In this document: positions 18,981-28,143 of the stretch, in pieces
Layout: the number at the start of each line of letters is the position of its first letter
How positions within the stretch are numbered: position 1 is the first letter of the stretch
NCBI GenBank assembly: GCA_036625675.1
Contig: JAZKTH010000001.1
Coordinates: forward strand, 1 to 40,090
Direction: 5' to 3'
DNA length: 40,090 bases
Source of the DNA: Haloferacaceae archaeon
Lineage (GTDB): Archaea > Halobacteriota > Halobacteria > Halobacteriales > Haloferacaceae
The notes under the pieces: model-generated
What the model saw: only the letters and a program-made list of their open reading frames with translations
Told to the model about the DNA's origin: nothing
Databases searched by the model: none
Translations under genes and position numbers: made by a program

Positions 18981-20300
18981 ATGCTCATCACCGACGCGAC
19001 GCTCGTCGACGGGCGTGTTCGGGACGTCCGGGTCGAGGGCGAGGGGATCGCGGCGGTCGACCGGGGGCTGACGCCCGAAAGCGACGAGCGGGCGATCCCG
19101 GCGGACGGTCGGCTGCTGTTGCCGGGCGCGATCGACGTCCACGTCCACTTCCGGGAGCCGGGGTTCCCGCACAAGGAGACGTGGGAGACCGGCTCGCGGT
19201 CGGCGGCAGCGGGGGGCGTCACCACCGTGGTCGACCAGCCGAACACCGATCCCGCCACGACGACCGGCACGGGGTTCGACGCGAAGGCGACCCTCGCCGA
19301 GCGGTCGCTCGTCGACTACGGGATCAACGGGGGCGTCACTCCGGAGTGGGACCCCGAGGCCCTGTTCTCCCGACCGATCTTCGCGCTCGGGGAGGTATTC
19401 CTGGCCGACTCGACGGGGGAGATGGGAATCGACGCGGACCGCTTCGCGGACGCGGTGGCGCGGGCCCGGGACGCCGGGGTGACCGTCACCGTCCACGCCG
19501 AGAACGCCGACCTGTTCGACGGGTCGGCGCTGGATCGGGTGAAAGAGGCGGGAGGGGGAAGCGGCCGGGCGGCGCCCGCCGACGCCTGGAGCGCGTACCG
19601 GACGGCCGAGGCCGAGATCGACGCGATCGAGCGAGCCGTCGACGTCGCCGACGACGCGGGCGCGTCGCTGCACGTCGCTCACACGTCCACGCCGGAGGGC
19701 GTCGACGCCGCCGTCGGGAACGGCGCGACCTGCGAGGTGACGCCGCATCACCTGTTTCTCTCCCGGGACGACCTCCCCCGGCTGGGGACGTTCGGTCGGA
19801 TGAATCCGCCGCTTCGCTCGGAGGGGCGCAGGGAGGCGCTGTTCGAGCGCGTCGCGGACGGCACCGTCGACCTGATCGCGACCGACCACGCCCCCCACGC
19901 GGTCGAGGAGAAAGACCGCCCCCTGCTCGAGGCCCCCAGCGGGGTGCCCGGCGTGGAGACGATGCTGCCGTTGCTCCTGGAATCGGTCCGGAAGGACCGG
20001 CTGAAACTGTATCGGGTTCGCGACCTCGTCTCGACCCGTCCCGCCGAACGGTTCGGCCTCCCCCGAAAGGGGAAAGTCGAGCCGGGACGGGACGCGGACC
20101 TGGTGCTCGTCGACCTCGATCGCCCCCGGGAGATCGAGGCCGGCGCGCTCCACTCGAGAGCGGGGTGGACGCCCTTCGAGGGGCTCCGGGGGGTGTTCCC
20201 CGAACTCACGATGGTCCGGGGGACGGTGGTGTACACCCGCGATCCTGAGACGGGCGCGGAGTCGTTCGGTCCGGGAGTCGGAGAGAACGTCCGCCGGTGA
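18981..20300 (+). CDS. pyrC: Dihydroorotase
   Basis: LLPGAIDVHVHFREPG, SAAAGGVTTVVDQPNT, HAEN, CEVTPHHL, MNPPLR, IATDHAPH, PSGVPGVET and GWTPFEG. Confidence 0.93.
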   Translation: MLITDATLVDGRVRDVRVEGEGIAAVDRGLTPESDERAIPADGRLLLPGAIDVHVHFREPGFPHKETWETGSRSAAAGGVTTVVDQPNTDPATTTGTGFDAKATLAERSLVDYGINGGVTPEWDPEALFSRPIFALGEVFLADSTGEMGIDADRFADAVARARDAGVTVTVHAENADLFDGSALDRVKEAGGGSGRAAPADAWSAYRTAEAEIDAIERAVDVADDAGASLHVAHTSTPEGVDAAVGNGATCEVTPHHLFLSRDDLPRLGTFGRMNPPLRSEGRREALFERVADGTVDLIATDHAPHAVEEKDRPLLEAPSGVPGVETMLPLLLESVRKDRLKLYRVRDLVSTRPAERFGLPRKGKVEPGRDADLVLVDLDRPREIEAGALHSRAGWTPFEGLRGVFPELTMVRGTVVYTRDPETGAESFGPGVGENVRR

Positions 20301-20432
20301 TACTGGCTGTTGCAGGTCGTTGTCAGGGGCGGGCCGGCCCGGAGGCGACTCCGCCGGAGGAACGTTTGCTGCGCGCGTCGGCCACGGGGCGCCGAGGGAA
20401 GGTTTTTCCGCGTCGCCCGCGGGAAGTCGTGT

Positions 20433-20921
20433 ATGTCCACCAGGGAGGGATTCCAGGAGCTGTGGGACGCGGTCAGCGACGACGCGGAGGAGACCGCGGC
20501 CGAATACGAGGCCGAGGGGTGGGAGACGCAGCGGCTACACGTGGGCGACGTGACGCCCCTTCCCGCCGCCGACGCCGGGAGCGAGGACCCCGACCGGATC
20601 GGGCTCGACGTGCTCGTTCCCGGCGACGAGTTCGAGGAACTGGAGCGGTTCGTCGACGGCGCGACGTTCGACGAGTACGACGTGTACCGCGGCGGCCCGG
20701 ACGGGCTGACACTGTTGCTTTTGGTCGTGCGAGCGACCGAAAGGCGGCGGGTCGTGCTCGTTCCCATGTACTACGAGGTGAGCGACGCGACGGCGATGCG
20801 TTCCGCCGCCGAGGCGGCGGGGGCCTGCCACACGTACGTGCGTCCGCTCTCGGACGACCGCCGCGTCGTCTTCTCCCACGAGGACCCGTCGCTGTTCTTC
20901 CCGCCCGAGGACGAGGAGTGA
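20433..20921 (+). CDS. Conserved haloarchaeal hypothetical protein (DUF7529-like)
   Basis: Acidic 162-aa ORF with W...AEYEAEGWET..LHVGDV, GLDVLVPGDEF and F.HEDPSLFFP. Typical host codon usage. Confidence 0.8.
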   Translation: MSTREGFQELWDAVSDDAEETAAEYEAEGWETQRLHVGDVTPLPAADAGSEDPDRIGLDVLVPGDEFEELERFVDGATFDEYDVYRGGPDGLTLLLLVVRATERRRVVLVPMYYEVSDATAMRSAAEAAGACHTYVRPLSDDRRVVFSHEDPSLFFPPEDEE

Positions 20922-20975
20922 CGCGGGCGCGCCGGGACCCGACGCTTTTTGTCGCCTCCGGCCACCCGTTCGGTC

Positions 20976-22223
20976 GTGACGCTGGACCCCATTCACGTCG
21001 ACAACATCGCGCGGCTGGCTGGCGCCATCGCCGAGGAGGTCGACGACGCCGATCACGACGACCTCGCGAGCACGGTCTGGGAGGAGTGGCTCGACCCGCT
21101 GCGTCGCGGCGGGCACGTCGTCTGTGAACCCGTCGACGGGCACGAACTCCGCGAGGCCCCGATCGACGACGCCGCGCTCGCGGACCGTCCCTTCGAGCCG
21201 GTACACGGGCTGGACTCCGGGACGATCAACCCGACCACGTTCAAGAACGGGCTGGTGCTGGACGTCGCACAGGCAGCGATGGCCTCGACTCCGACGAACC
21301 TGGACCTCCACCGGTCGCGCAGCCTGGTCGCGACGGTCCATACCGCCGACACCACCGTCGACCACGACCTCGAGTGGGTGACCTACGACGGCGGTTACAG
21401 CCGCCGTCGAGTGTTGCACGTTCCCCGGGTGAACCGGTACGCGGAGGGCGTGGTCCACGCGCTGGCACTGTATCTCGCCGAGAGCGACCACGCGCTGACT
21501 CACGCCAACACCGTCACCGACCTGCTCGTGCTCGACGGGCCGGTCTACCCGAAGGAGCTCCTGACCTGGGAGGATCGCGACCCGGAACTGGGCGCGCTCG
21601 CCCGCGAGGCCAAACCTCGGGCGATCGTAGAGAACTACGTCAGGCTGGTCGAGGAGTTCGTGGATCGCGACGTCCCGCTGGCGGGGTTCGTGAAGAACCC
21701 GAGCAGTCGCGGGATCGTCCGGACGCTGTCCGGCAAGGGCGTCGAGGCGCCGTGGGCCGACGACGCGGGACTTTTTACCCGCCTGCTGGAGCGCCGATCC
21801 GACGGCGACCGAGATCGGGACGCGCTGACGTTCACCACCTGGCTCCGGTCGCGGGGCGGGGCCGACGAGGCGTTCGCGGCCGACGGAGACGCGCTCGGGA
21901 TCGAGCGCCGGCTACCTGCGGAGGCGTACGAGGTGACCTTTTTCGTGCTGTACGACCCCCGCCACGACGTGCTCTACAAGGTAGAGGCCCCGGCAGCGTT
22001 CACCCGCGATTCCGATCTGCGGGCGGCGCTGACCGAGCAGATCGTCGGGGACGTGGCCGCCGCCGGTGGACCGCCACCGGCGGTGGCGAAGGCCGACGAA
22101 CTCGCCCGGATCGGGACCGGAGAGAAGGCGGCGCTGCGCCGGAAGTTCGAGGAGCAGTTCGACAGCGAACAGCTCCGGACGTACGACGACGTGCGGTGGG
22201 GGACGGACGCCGAGCGGTTCTAG
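20976..22223 (+). CDS. nurA: DNA double-strand break repair nuclease NurA
   Basis: MTLDPIH start (GTG 20976), HGLDSGTINP, LLVLDGPVYP, AGFVKNP and PPPAVAKADELARI. Confidence 0.88.
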   Translation: MTLDPIHVDNIARLAGAIAEEVDDADHDDLASTVWEEWLDPLRRGGHVVCEPVDGHELREAPIDDAALADRPFEPVHGLDSGTINPTTFKNGLVLDVAQAAMASTPTNLDLHRSRSLVATVHTADTTVDHDLEWVTYDGGYSRRRVLHVPRVNRYAEGVVHALALYLAESDHALTHANTVTDLLVLDGPVYPKELLTWEDRDPELGALAREAKPRAIVENYVRLVEEFVDRDVPLAGFVKNPSSRGIVRTLSGKGVEAPWADDAGLFTRLLERRSDGDRDRDALTFTTWLRSRGGADEAFAADGDALGIERRLPAEAYEVTFFVLYDPRHDVLYKVEAPAAFTRDSDLRAALTEQIVGDVAAAGGPPPAVAKADELARIGTGEKAALRRKFEEQFDSEQLRTYDDVRWGTDAERF

Positions 22224-22331
22224 GGCAGGGAGTCGAGAGGACGTGGGGGACGGGAAGGGTGGAGGGCAGGAGGGGTGAAGGGCGGGAGGCGCAGGGGGGC
22301 CCGACCGGGGGAACGGCGACCGACCGCCGTC

Positions 22332-22413
22332 ATACTGCTTGTCGTAGACGGTTACCGGTCGACCGCCTCGCCCTCGGGCGGTCGACACGGTAACTTTCGA
22401 CAACAAACAGCAT
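22332..22413. mobile_element. 82-bp MITE-like palindromic element, copy 2
   Basis: Colinear with 9273-9354 (about 9 mismatches in 82 nt), imperfect TIRs and the same inner GTCGACCGCC/GGCGGTCGAC stem. Confidence 0.75.
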
Positions 22414-22667
22414 CAGGAGGCCCCGCCGTACGTCTCTTCGAGGTACTCGACGATATCGGAGCTTTCCGGCATCCCCTCCACTCCGTTCTTCTCGTCGACG
22501 AGGACGGGGACGCCGGTCTGGCCGCTGATCTCCCGTACCGTCGTTCGCTCCGGATGCGCCGCCGGGACGGTGCGCGATTCGTACTCGAGTCCGAGATCCT
22601 CGAGTTTGTCACGGACCATTGCGCAGTAGGGACAGCCCTTCAGTTCGTACAAAACGAGTTCCGTCAT
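22413..22667 (-). CDS. Glutaredoxin / GST N-terminal domain protein
   Basis: LYELKGCPYC active site, SGQTGVPVLVD cis-Pro motif and ESSDIVEYL. Confidence 0.92.
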   Translation of the reverse strand: MTELVLYELKGCPYCAMVRDKLEDLGLEYESRTVPAAHPERTTVREISGQTGVPVLVDEKNGVEGMPESSDIVEYLEETYGGAS

Positions 22668-22751
22668 CGGATACGCATACTGTCCGGGGAATCATTAAGG
22701 GCGCGGGAGTGTGCCGTTCGGGCGCAAAACCGCGAAAGACGGGGAGAAACA

Positions 22752-22797
22752 GGGACGGAGACGGATGCGGGGACGGGGACGGAGACGGATGCGGGGA
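22752..22797. repeat. Short direct repeat (22 bp x2, 24-bp period)
   Basis: GGGACGGAGACGGATGCGGGGA at 22752 and 22776, just downstream of the permease stop. Confidence 0.8.
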
Positions 22798-22813
22798 GGT
22801 CCCCCCAGACGGC

Positions 22814-24277
22814 CTACAGAATGAACCCGCCGGTCTGTAGCACGTAGTAGGCCACGAGAACCGCCGCGATCACGTACTGTCCGGGGGAGACGTCGCGTCC
22901 CTCGCCGCGCGCGAGCTTCACGATCGGGAACGCGATGATCCCCGCCGCCAGCCCGTCGGCGATCGAGTAGGTCAGCGGCATGATGGTTATCGTCAACACC
23001 GACGAGACAGTCCAGGCGGGGTCCGTCCAGTCGATGTCGGTGACGCCCTGGAACATGATGATCCCGACCACCACGAGCGCGATGAAGGAGGCGTAACTGG
23101 GAACGACCGACGCCAGCGAGACGAAGGGGATCGCGAGCAGGAACAACAGCCCGACCACCAGCGCGGTGAGGCCAGTCCGGCCACCCTCCTCGATCCCGGT
23201 CGAGGACTCGATGTAGGTGGTGACCGTCGACGTCCCGAGCATCGACCCCACCGTGGTGCCGATCGCGTCCGCCATCAGCGGCTTGTCCATCTCGGGGAGG
23301 TCACCGCTCTCGTCGAGGAAGCCGCCGAACTGCGAGACCCCGATCAGCGTCCCCGCGGTGTCGAAGAAGTCGACGAAGAAGAACGTGAACACGACGAACG
23401 CGAACGTGAGCGGATCGACGCCGGAGAAGCCCTCGAGGAACGCCCCGACCAGGGGGGTGATGTCCCACTGGACGTTGGTGAGAACCGAGAGGAAGCCCTC
23501 CGACTGGGTCCGCTCGAGCAGCTGGGCGTCCACGAGGGTCCCCCGTTCGACGAGGCCCGCGAGAGCGACGATCCACCCGGTCGCGGCGGTCGCGAGGATG
23601 CCGATCACGATGCTGCCCGTGACGCCGCGGGCCCACAGGATCAGCGTGAACGTCAGCCCCGCCAGCGCGACCATCGCCACCGGGTTCGAGAAGATGTCGC
23701 CCAGCACGACGAGCGTCTCGGGGTCCTCCACGACGATCTGCATCTCCTGGAGGCCGATGAAAAGCAGGAACACGCCGATGCCGGCCCCGACCGCGAACTT
23801 CACCGGTTCGGGGAAAAGCGAGATGACGTACTCGCGGGCCCCGACCGCCGTCAGCGCGATGAAAATGACGCCCTCCACGAACACGGCGGCCAGCGCCGTC
23901 TGCCAGGGGATGCCGAAGCCGACGACGACCGAGAACGCGAAGAAGGCGTTCAGGCCCATCCCGGGGGCGAGCCCGAACGGACGTTTGGCGTAAAGCGCCA
24001 TCACCAGTATGGCGACGACCGACGCCAGGATGGTGACGATCGCCAGCATCTGGAAGATTTCCGGCGCCGTGTACGTCGTGCCGTCGATTACGGCCGAACC
24101 AGCGAACTCGCCCGCCTCCGGATCCCACAGGATCGCGTTCGAGAGGATCGCCGGGTTCACCACGATAATGTAACTCATTGCGAGGAACGTCGTGAGCCCC
24201 GCGAGAACTTCCGTCCGTACGTCCGAGCCGTGTTCGTCGACGTCGAAATACGACGAGAGTGTTTCACTCAACCCCAT
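22814..24277 (-). CDS. NCS2/AzgA-family purine permease
   Basis: RTEVLAGLTTFLAMSYIIVVNP, LAPGMGLNAFF, DFFDTAGTL, TTYIESSTG...GGRTGLTA and MPLTYSIADG. Confidence 0.95.
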   Translation of the reverse strand: MGLSETLSSYFDVDEHGSDVRTEVLAGLTTFLAMSYIIVVNPAILSNAILWDPEAGEFAGSAVIDGTTYTAPEIFQMLAIVTILASVVAILVMALYAKRPFGLAPGMGLNAFFAFSVVVGFGIPWQTALAAVFVEGVIFIALTAVGAREYVISLFPEPVKFAVGAGIGVFLLFIGLQEMQIVVEDPETLVVLGDIFSNPVAMVALAGLTFTLILWARGVTGSIVIGILATAATGWIVALAGLVERGTLVDAQLLERTQSEGFLSVLTNVQWDITPLVGAFLEGFSGVDPLTFAFVVFTFFFVDFFDTAGTLIGVSQFGGFLDESGDLPEMDKPLMADAIGTTVGSMLGTSTVTTYIESSTGIEEGGRTGLTALVVGLLFLLAIPFVSLASVVPSYASFIALVVVGIIMFQGVTDIDWTDPAWTVSSVLTITIMPLTYSIADGLAAGIIAFPIVKLARGEGRDVSPGQYVIAAVLVAYYVLQTGGFIL

Positions 24278-24433
24278 TGTATCACAGGCGGGCATACCTC
24301 GGACGGTGGCTTAAATATTCTCATAGACGAACCCGTCGTTATACACGTACACGGATATTTTTTGGCGAAGAAGCGGGACCATTCGACCGAACGATGCGGG
24401 AACGTGAGTACCCGCCGGAGAGTCGGCCCCGGA

Positions 24434-24536
24434 AACGTCGACGGCGCCCTCACCGACGCGTCAGTTCTCGAACGTCGACAGCGCTCTCACCGGCGCGTCA
24501 GTTCTCGAACGTCGACAGTGCCCCCACCGGCGCGTC
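24434..24536. repeat. 37-bp tandem repeat (~2.8 copies) duplicating the 3' end and stop codon of the PRTase gene
   Basis: AACGTCGAC(G/A)G(C/T)GC(C/T)C(T/C)CACCG(A/G)CGCGTC(AGTTCTCG) starting at 24434, 24471 and 24508. Confidence 0.9.
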
Positions 24537-25214
24537 GGTGATCGCCCGGGCCCGGTCGAGCCCCTCGTCGCCGACGGCGATGAGTGCGAAGACGCCGGTC
24601 ACCTCGGCGTCGGCCTGGCGGGCGATGTCCAGGAGTAGCTCCTGAGTCTCCCCCGACCGGATGAGGTCGTCCACGACCAGCACTGTCTCGCCGGCGTCGA
24701 CCGAACCCGCCGGCAGGTAGTAGGTGAGTTCGATGCCGGAGGCGAGCCGCTGTCGGGACTCGATGAACTCCTCCACGGCGGTCTCCTTGGATTTTTTGGC
24801 GTACGCCACGCGCGCGTCGAAGTAGGAGGCCATCGCGGCGCCGAGAGTGATGCCGTCGGTGGCGGCGGTCAACACGACGTCGGGGCGGTCGAACTCGAGC
24901 GTCTCGGCGGCGACCGGGGCGACGAGGTTCAGAAACGACTGATCGAAGACGACGCCGGAGTTGTCGACGTACCCCTCGTCGTCGACCGCGACCCGTTCCC
25001 GGAGTTCGTCGGCGAGCGCCTCCCGACCGATCCCCTCGACCACCTCGCGGGCCCGATCGACGCCGGGCAGCACGTGGCCGTTGACGTACCGGTTCAGGTC
25101 CCCCGCCGGAAGGCCCGTGACCTCGGAAAGCTCCTCGTACGTTCTGGTCTGCTTCAGCATCCGCAAGACGGCGACCGCCTGCAACTGCAGGGCGGCCTTC
25201 TCGGCTCGGTCCAT
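24498..25214 (-). CDS. HTH-containing phosphoribosyltransferase (PurR-like / adenine PRT family)
   Basis: N-terminal HTH TYEELSEVTGLPAGDLNRYVNGHVLP and PRPP-binding motif VLVVDDLIRSGET. Confidence 0.9.
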   Translation of the reverse strand: MDRAEKAALQLQAVAVLRMLKQTRTYEELSEVTGLPAGDLNRYVNGHVLPGVDRAREVVEGIGREALADELRERVAVDDEGYVDNSGVVFDQSFLNLVAPVAAETLEFDRPDVVLTAATDGITLGAAMASYFDARVAYAKKSKETAVEEFIESRQRLASGIELTYYLPAGSVDAGETVLVVDDLIRSGETQELLLDIARQADAEVTGVFALIAVGDEGLDRARAITDAPVGALSTFEN

Positions 25215-25376
25215 GCCTGCAGTAGCAGATTGCGCAAGTATGAGTACTTCGGTACGTCTTCGCCGGTGTAATGTACACGTCAGTGCGTTCGGCTCGCCCG
25301 ACCCCGTGCCGAGGCCGGGGAGTCCGCGGTCGCTTCGGTCCGCGACGGCGACGCGCCCCCGGGCGTCGGGGGCGTC

Positions 25377-26219
25377 CTACCGTTCCCGGACGACGACGAA
25401 CTCCGCGAGGTCGCGGAGGTAGCCCTTGGCGGCCGTCTCCGGGACGTCGGCCGCCTCGAGCGACTGCAGCGCCAGGTCGGCCTGTCGGCGCGCCCGGGCG
25501 TTCGCTTCCTCGACGGACAGGCCCGTCACCTGGACGAAGGAGGGGCGGTCCATCTGTTCGTCCTGTCCTGTGGGCTTCCCGAGTTTGGCGGCGTCGGCGG
25601 TCGCGTCGAGCACGTCGTCCCGGATCTGGAACGCGATCCCCACCCGCTCCGCGTAGTCGCCGAACGCCTCGACGGTGAACGCGTCGGCGTCGCCGGCGAC
25701 GGCGCCGAGTTCGGCCGCGGCCCGGAACAGGGCCCCGGTCTTTCGCCTGGCGAGCTGCATGTACGCATCCTCGGAGTCGGGGCGGGAGACGAGTTCGGTC
25801 GCCTCCCCTTCCCCGAGTTCGACCATCGCCTCAGCGACGATCCGGGTCGCCCGGTCGTCGGCGGAGAACAGCGCGAACGCCTCGCCGAGCAGCCCGTCGC
25901 TCGTGACGAGCGCGGGACCGTATCCGAACTCCGCCCACGCGCTGGGAGTCCCCCGGCGCAGCGGGGAGCGATCGATGATGTCGTCGACGACGAGCGACGC
26001 GTTGTGAACGAACTCCACGCCCGCTGCGAAATCGACCGCGTCCGCCGGATCCCCGCCGCACGCCTCGCAGGCCAGCACCGTCACTGCCGGGCGGACCCGT
26101 TTGCCGCCCGACAGCACGACGTGTTCCAGTTCTGCGTTGAGCTCTTCGGGCTCGACCCCCTCGATGACCTCGTCGAGGCGGTCGTTCACGAGCTCGACCC
26201 GGTGCTCGAGATACTCCAT
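25377..26219 (-). CDS. idsA: Polyprenyl (geranylgeranyl) diphosphate synthase
   Basis: GGKRVRP, first Asp-rich motif DDIID..RRG, KTGALF, FQIRDDVLD and GKPTGQD. Confidence 0.92.
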   Translation of the reverse strand: MEYLEHRVELVNDRLDEVIEGVEPEELNAELEHVVLSGGKRVRPAVTVLACEACGGDPADAVDFAAGVEFVHNASLVVDDIIDRSPLRRGTPSAWAEFGYGPALVTSDGLLGEAFALFSADDRATRIVAEAMVELGEGEATELVSRPDSEDAYMQLARRKTGALFRAAAELGAVAGDADAFTVEAFGDYAERVGIAFQIRDDVLDATADAAKLGKPTGQDEQMDRPSFVQVTGLSVEEANARARRQADLALQSLEAADVPETAAKGYLRDLAEFVVVRER

Positions 26220-26315
26220 CGTCGGATAAAGGAGATGCGCGCGTTTGTAGGTGACGAAAGCGCCTCCGCACCGAGCGGGGAGACGCAGTCGGGGGTATCC
26301 GGCCGAGGAGATCGG

Positions 26316-27269
26316 CTACTCGAACGCCTCGGTCAGCGCCGGCACGACCTCGAAGAGGTCGTCGACGATGCCGTAGTCGGCGATGTCGAAGATGGGTGCG
26401 TTCGGGTCGGTGTTGATCGCGACGATCGTCTTGGCCCCTTTCATGCCGGCGACGTGCTGGACGGCCCCGGAGATCCCGATCGCGATGTACACCTCGGGGG
26501 AGACCACCTTCCCCGACTGCCCGACCTGCCGGTTCTTCGGCAGCCAGCCGTTGTCGACGACCGGGCGCGACGCCGACAGCGTCGCGTCCAGCGCCTCCGC
26601 CAGCTCCTCGACGATCTCGAGGTTCTCCTCCTCCTCGATCCCCCGGCCCACGGAGACGAGGACGTCGGCGTCGGTGATGTCGACGTCGCCTCCACCCGCC
26701 TCCTCGTAGCCTTTCACCCGGGATCCGACGGCGGACTCGTCGAGTTCGAGGGCGAACGGCTCGACGGCCGCGTCCCCGGCCGACTCGACGGGGGGCCACT
26801 CACCGCTCCGGATCGTGACCAGGAACCGGTCGGCGTCGACCTCGACGGTGGTCTCGACCTTGGAGCCGTACATCTCGCGGGTCACCTCGAGCACGTCGTC
26901 GTACTCGAACGCCACCGCGTCGGTGACGAGCGGGATCGACAGGCCGGTGGCGACCGCGGGGGCGTAGTCGAGGCCGTTGACGCTGTTGGGCGCCAGCACC
27001 GCCGTCGGATCGACCTCGGCGTACAGCGCCTCGATCGCCTGCACGTAGACGTCGTGGTTGAACTCCTCGCCCTCGTCGACGGTGTGGACGACGTCGACCC
27101 CCTCGCGGTTCAGTTTCTCGGCGAAGGCGTCTTCATCGCCGCCGATCACGGCGAGGTGGAGCTCCCCGTCCAGGTCGTCCGCGAGCTGGCGTCCCGCGGC
27201 GATCAGTTCGAGGCTCACGTCCCGGAGGGTCCCGCGCCGGTGGTCCGCGACTGCGAGGACGGCGCTCAT
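26316..27269 (-). CDS. etfA: Electron transfer flavoprotein alpha subunit
   Basis: ADVLVSVGRG, ASRPVVD, QVGQSGK, YIAIGISGAVQHVAGM and AINTDPNAPIF. Start overlaps the etfB stop (ATGA). Confidence 0.96.
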   Translation of the reverse strand: MSAVLAVADHRRGTLRDVSLELIAAGRQLADDLDGELHLAVIGGDEDAFAEKLNREGVDVVHTVDEGEEFNHDVYVQAIEALYAEVDPTAVLAPNSVNGLDYAPAVATGLSIPLVTDAVAFEYDDVLEVTREMYGSKVETTVEVDADRFLVTIRSGEWPPVESAGDAAVEPFALELDESAVGSRVKGYEEAGGGDVDITDADVLVSVGRGIEEEENLEIVEELAEALDATLSASRPVVDNGWLPKNRQVGQSGKVVSPEVYIAIGISGAVQHVAGMKGAKTIVAINTDPNAPIFDIADYGIVDDLFEVVPALTEAFE

Positions 27270-28060
27270 TCGGCACCCACCCCCGCGTCCCGGAGGGCCC
27301 CGGCAAGTTTCCCGGCCGTCTCCCCGGGAGCGCCCTCGAAGAGCTCGGCGTCGGACTCGCTGACGGGTTCGTACATGCTGGTGAGTCGGAGCGAACCGTC
27401 GACCGCCGTCTCGCTCACCCCGAGGTCCTCGAGAGACCGGTGGTCGATCTCCTTCGCCTGGGCCTGGCGAATGCCCCGGAGGCTCGCGTATCGCGGCTCG
27501 TTGATCCCGGTCTGGATCGTGAGCACCGCGGGCATGTCGACCTCGGTGAGCTCCTCGATCCCCCCCTCGAGCTCCCGGCGAACGTCGGCGACCGCGTCCC
27601 CGTCGGTCAGTTCCAGCCGGTTCACCACCGCGGCCCACTGAAAGCCGACCCGGCGGGCGAGCGCGACGCCGGTGGCGCCGAAGCTGTCGTCGTTGGCCTG
27701 GACGCCGGCGAGAACCAGGTCCGGCTCCTCCGCCTCGACGACCGCCTCGAGCAGCCGGGCCTTCGCACCCACGTCGAGCAGATCCCGGTCGGCTATCGCC
27801 TCGTCCCACACGCGCACCGCCCGGTCGAGTCCCTTCGCCAGCGCCATCCGGATCGTCTCCTCGCTGCGCTCGGGGCCGATCGTCACGCCCACCGTCTCGA
27901 CGTCGTCGCGCTCCTCCGAGAGCTGTACCGCCTCCTCGATGGCGTAATCGTCCCACTCGTTGAGGTCGTACTCGAGGTATCGATCCTCGATTTCCGTGCC
28001 CGAGATCTCGAAGTCCTCCGCCGCCTCGGCGACTTCCTTTACCGTGACGAGAACCTTCAT
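27266..28060 (-). CDS. etfB: Electron transfer flavoprotein beta subunit
   Basis: MKVLVTVKEV, LNEWDDYAIEEA, ALAKGLDRA, LAGVQAND, VRRELEGG and NEPRYAS. Confidence 0.96.
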   Translation of the reverse strand: MKVLVTVKEVAEAAEDFEISGTEIEDRYLEYDLNEWDDYAIEEAVQLSEERDDVETVGVTIGPERSEETIRMALAKGLDRAVRVWDEAIADRDLLDVGAKARLLEAVVEAEEPDLVLAGVQANDDSFGATGVALARRVGFQWAAVVNRLELTDGDAVADVRRELEGGIEELTEVDMPAVLTIQTGINEPRYASLRGIRQAQAKEIDHRSLEDLGVSETAVDGSLRLTSMYEPVSESDAELFEGAPGETAGKLAGALRDAGVGAE

Positions 28061-28143
28061 CATCGATCGATGTTCTCGACCGGGCGTAAACGTTTTGATG
28101 CCCCTCACGGCGTCGGTTCAACTGAAATCAACGGGAAAGGGAA

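Noticed and set aside
24434-24536. 37-bp repeats as a CRISPR array or att sites
   Set aside because: The units are contiguous with no spacers and copy the adjacent gene's 3' end. No integrase is nearby.
26316-28060. etfBA as the dedicated electron acceptor of the CODH
   Set aside because: It lies ~7.6 kb away on the opposite strand, next to idsA, and looks like the ordinary haloarchaeal ETF. Nothing in the sequence links the two.
26316-28121. Apparent 601-aa EtfB-EtfA fusion
   Set aside because: The upstream part is an alternative frame over etfB. etfB and etfA are separate genes with an ATGA overlap.
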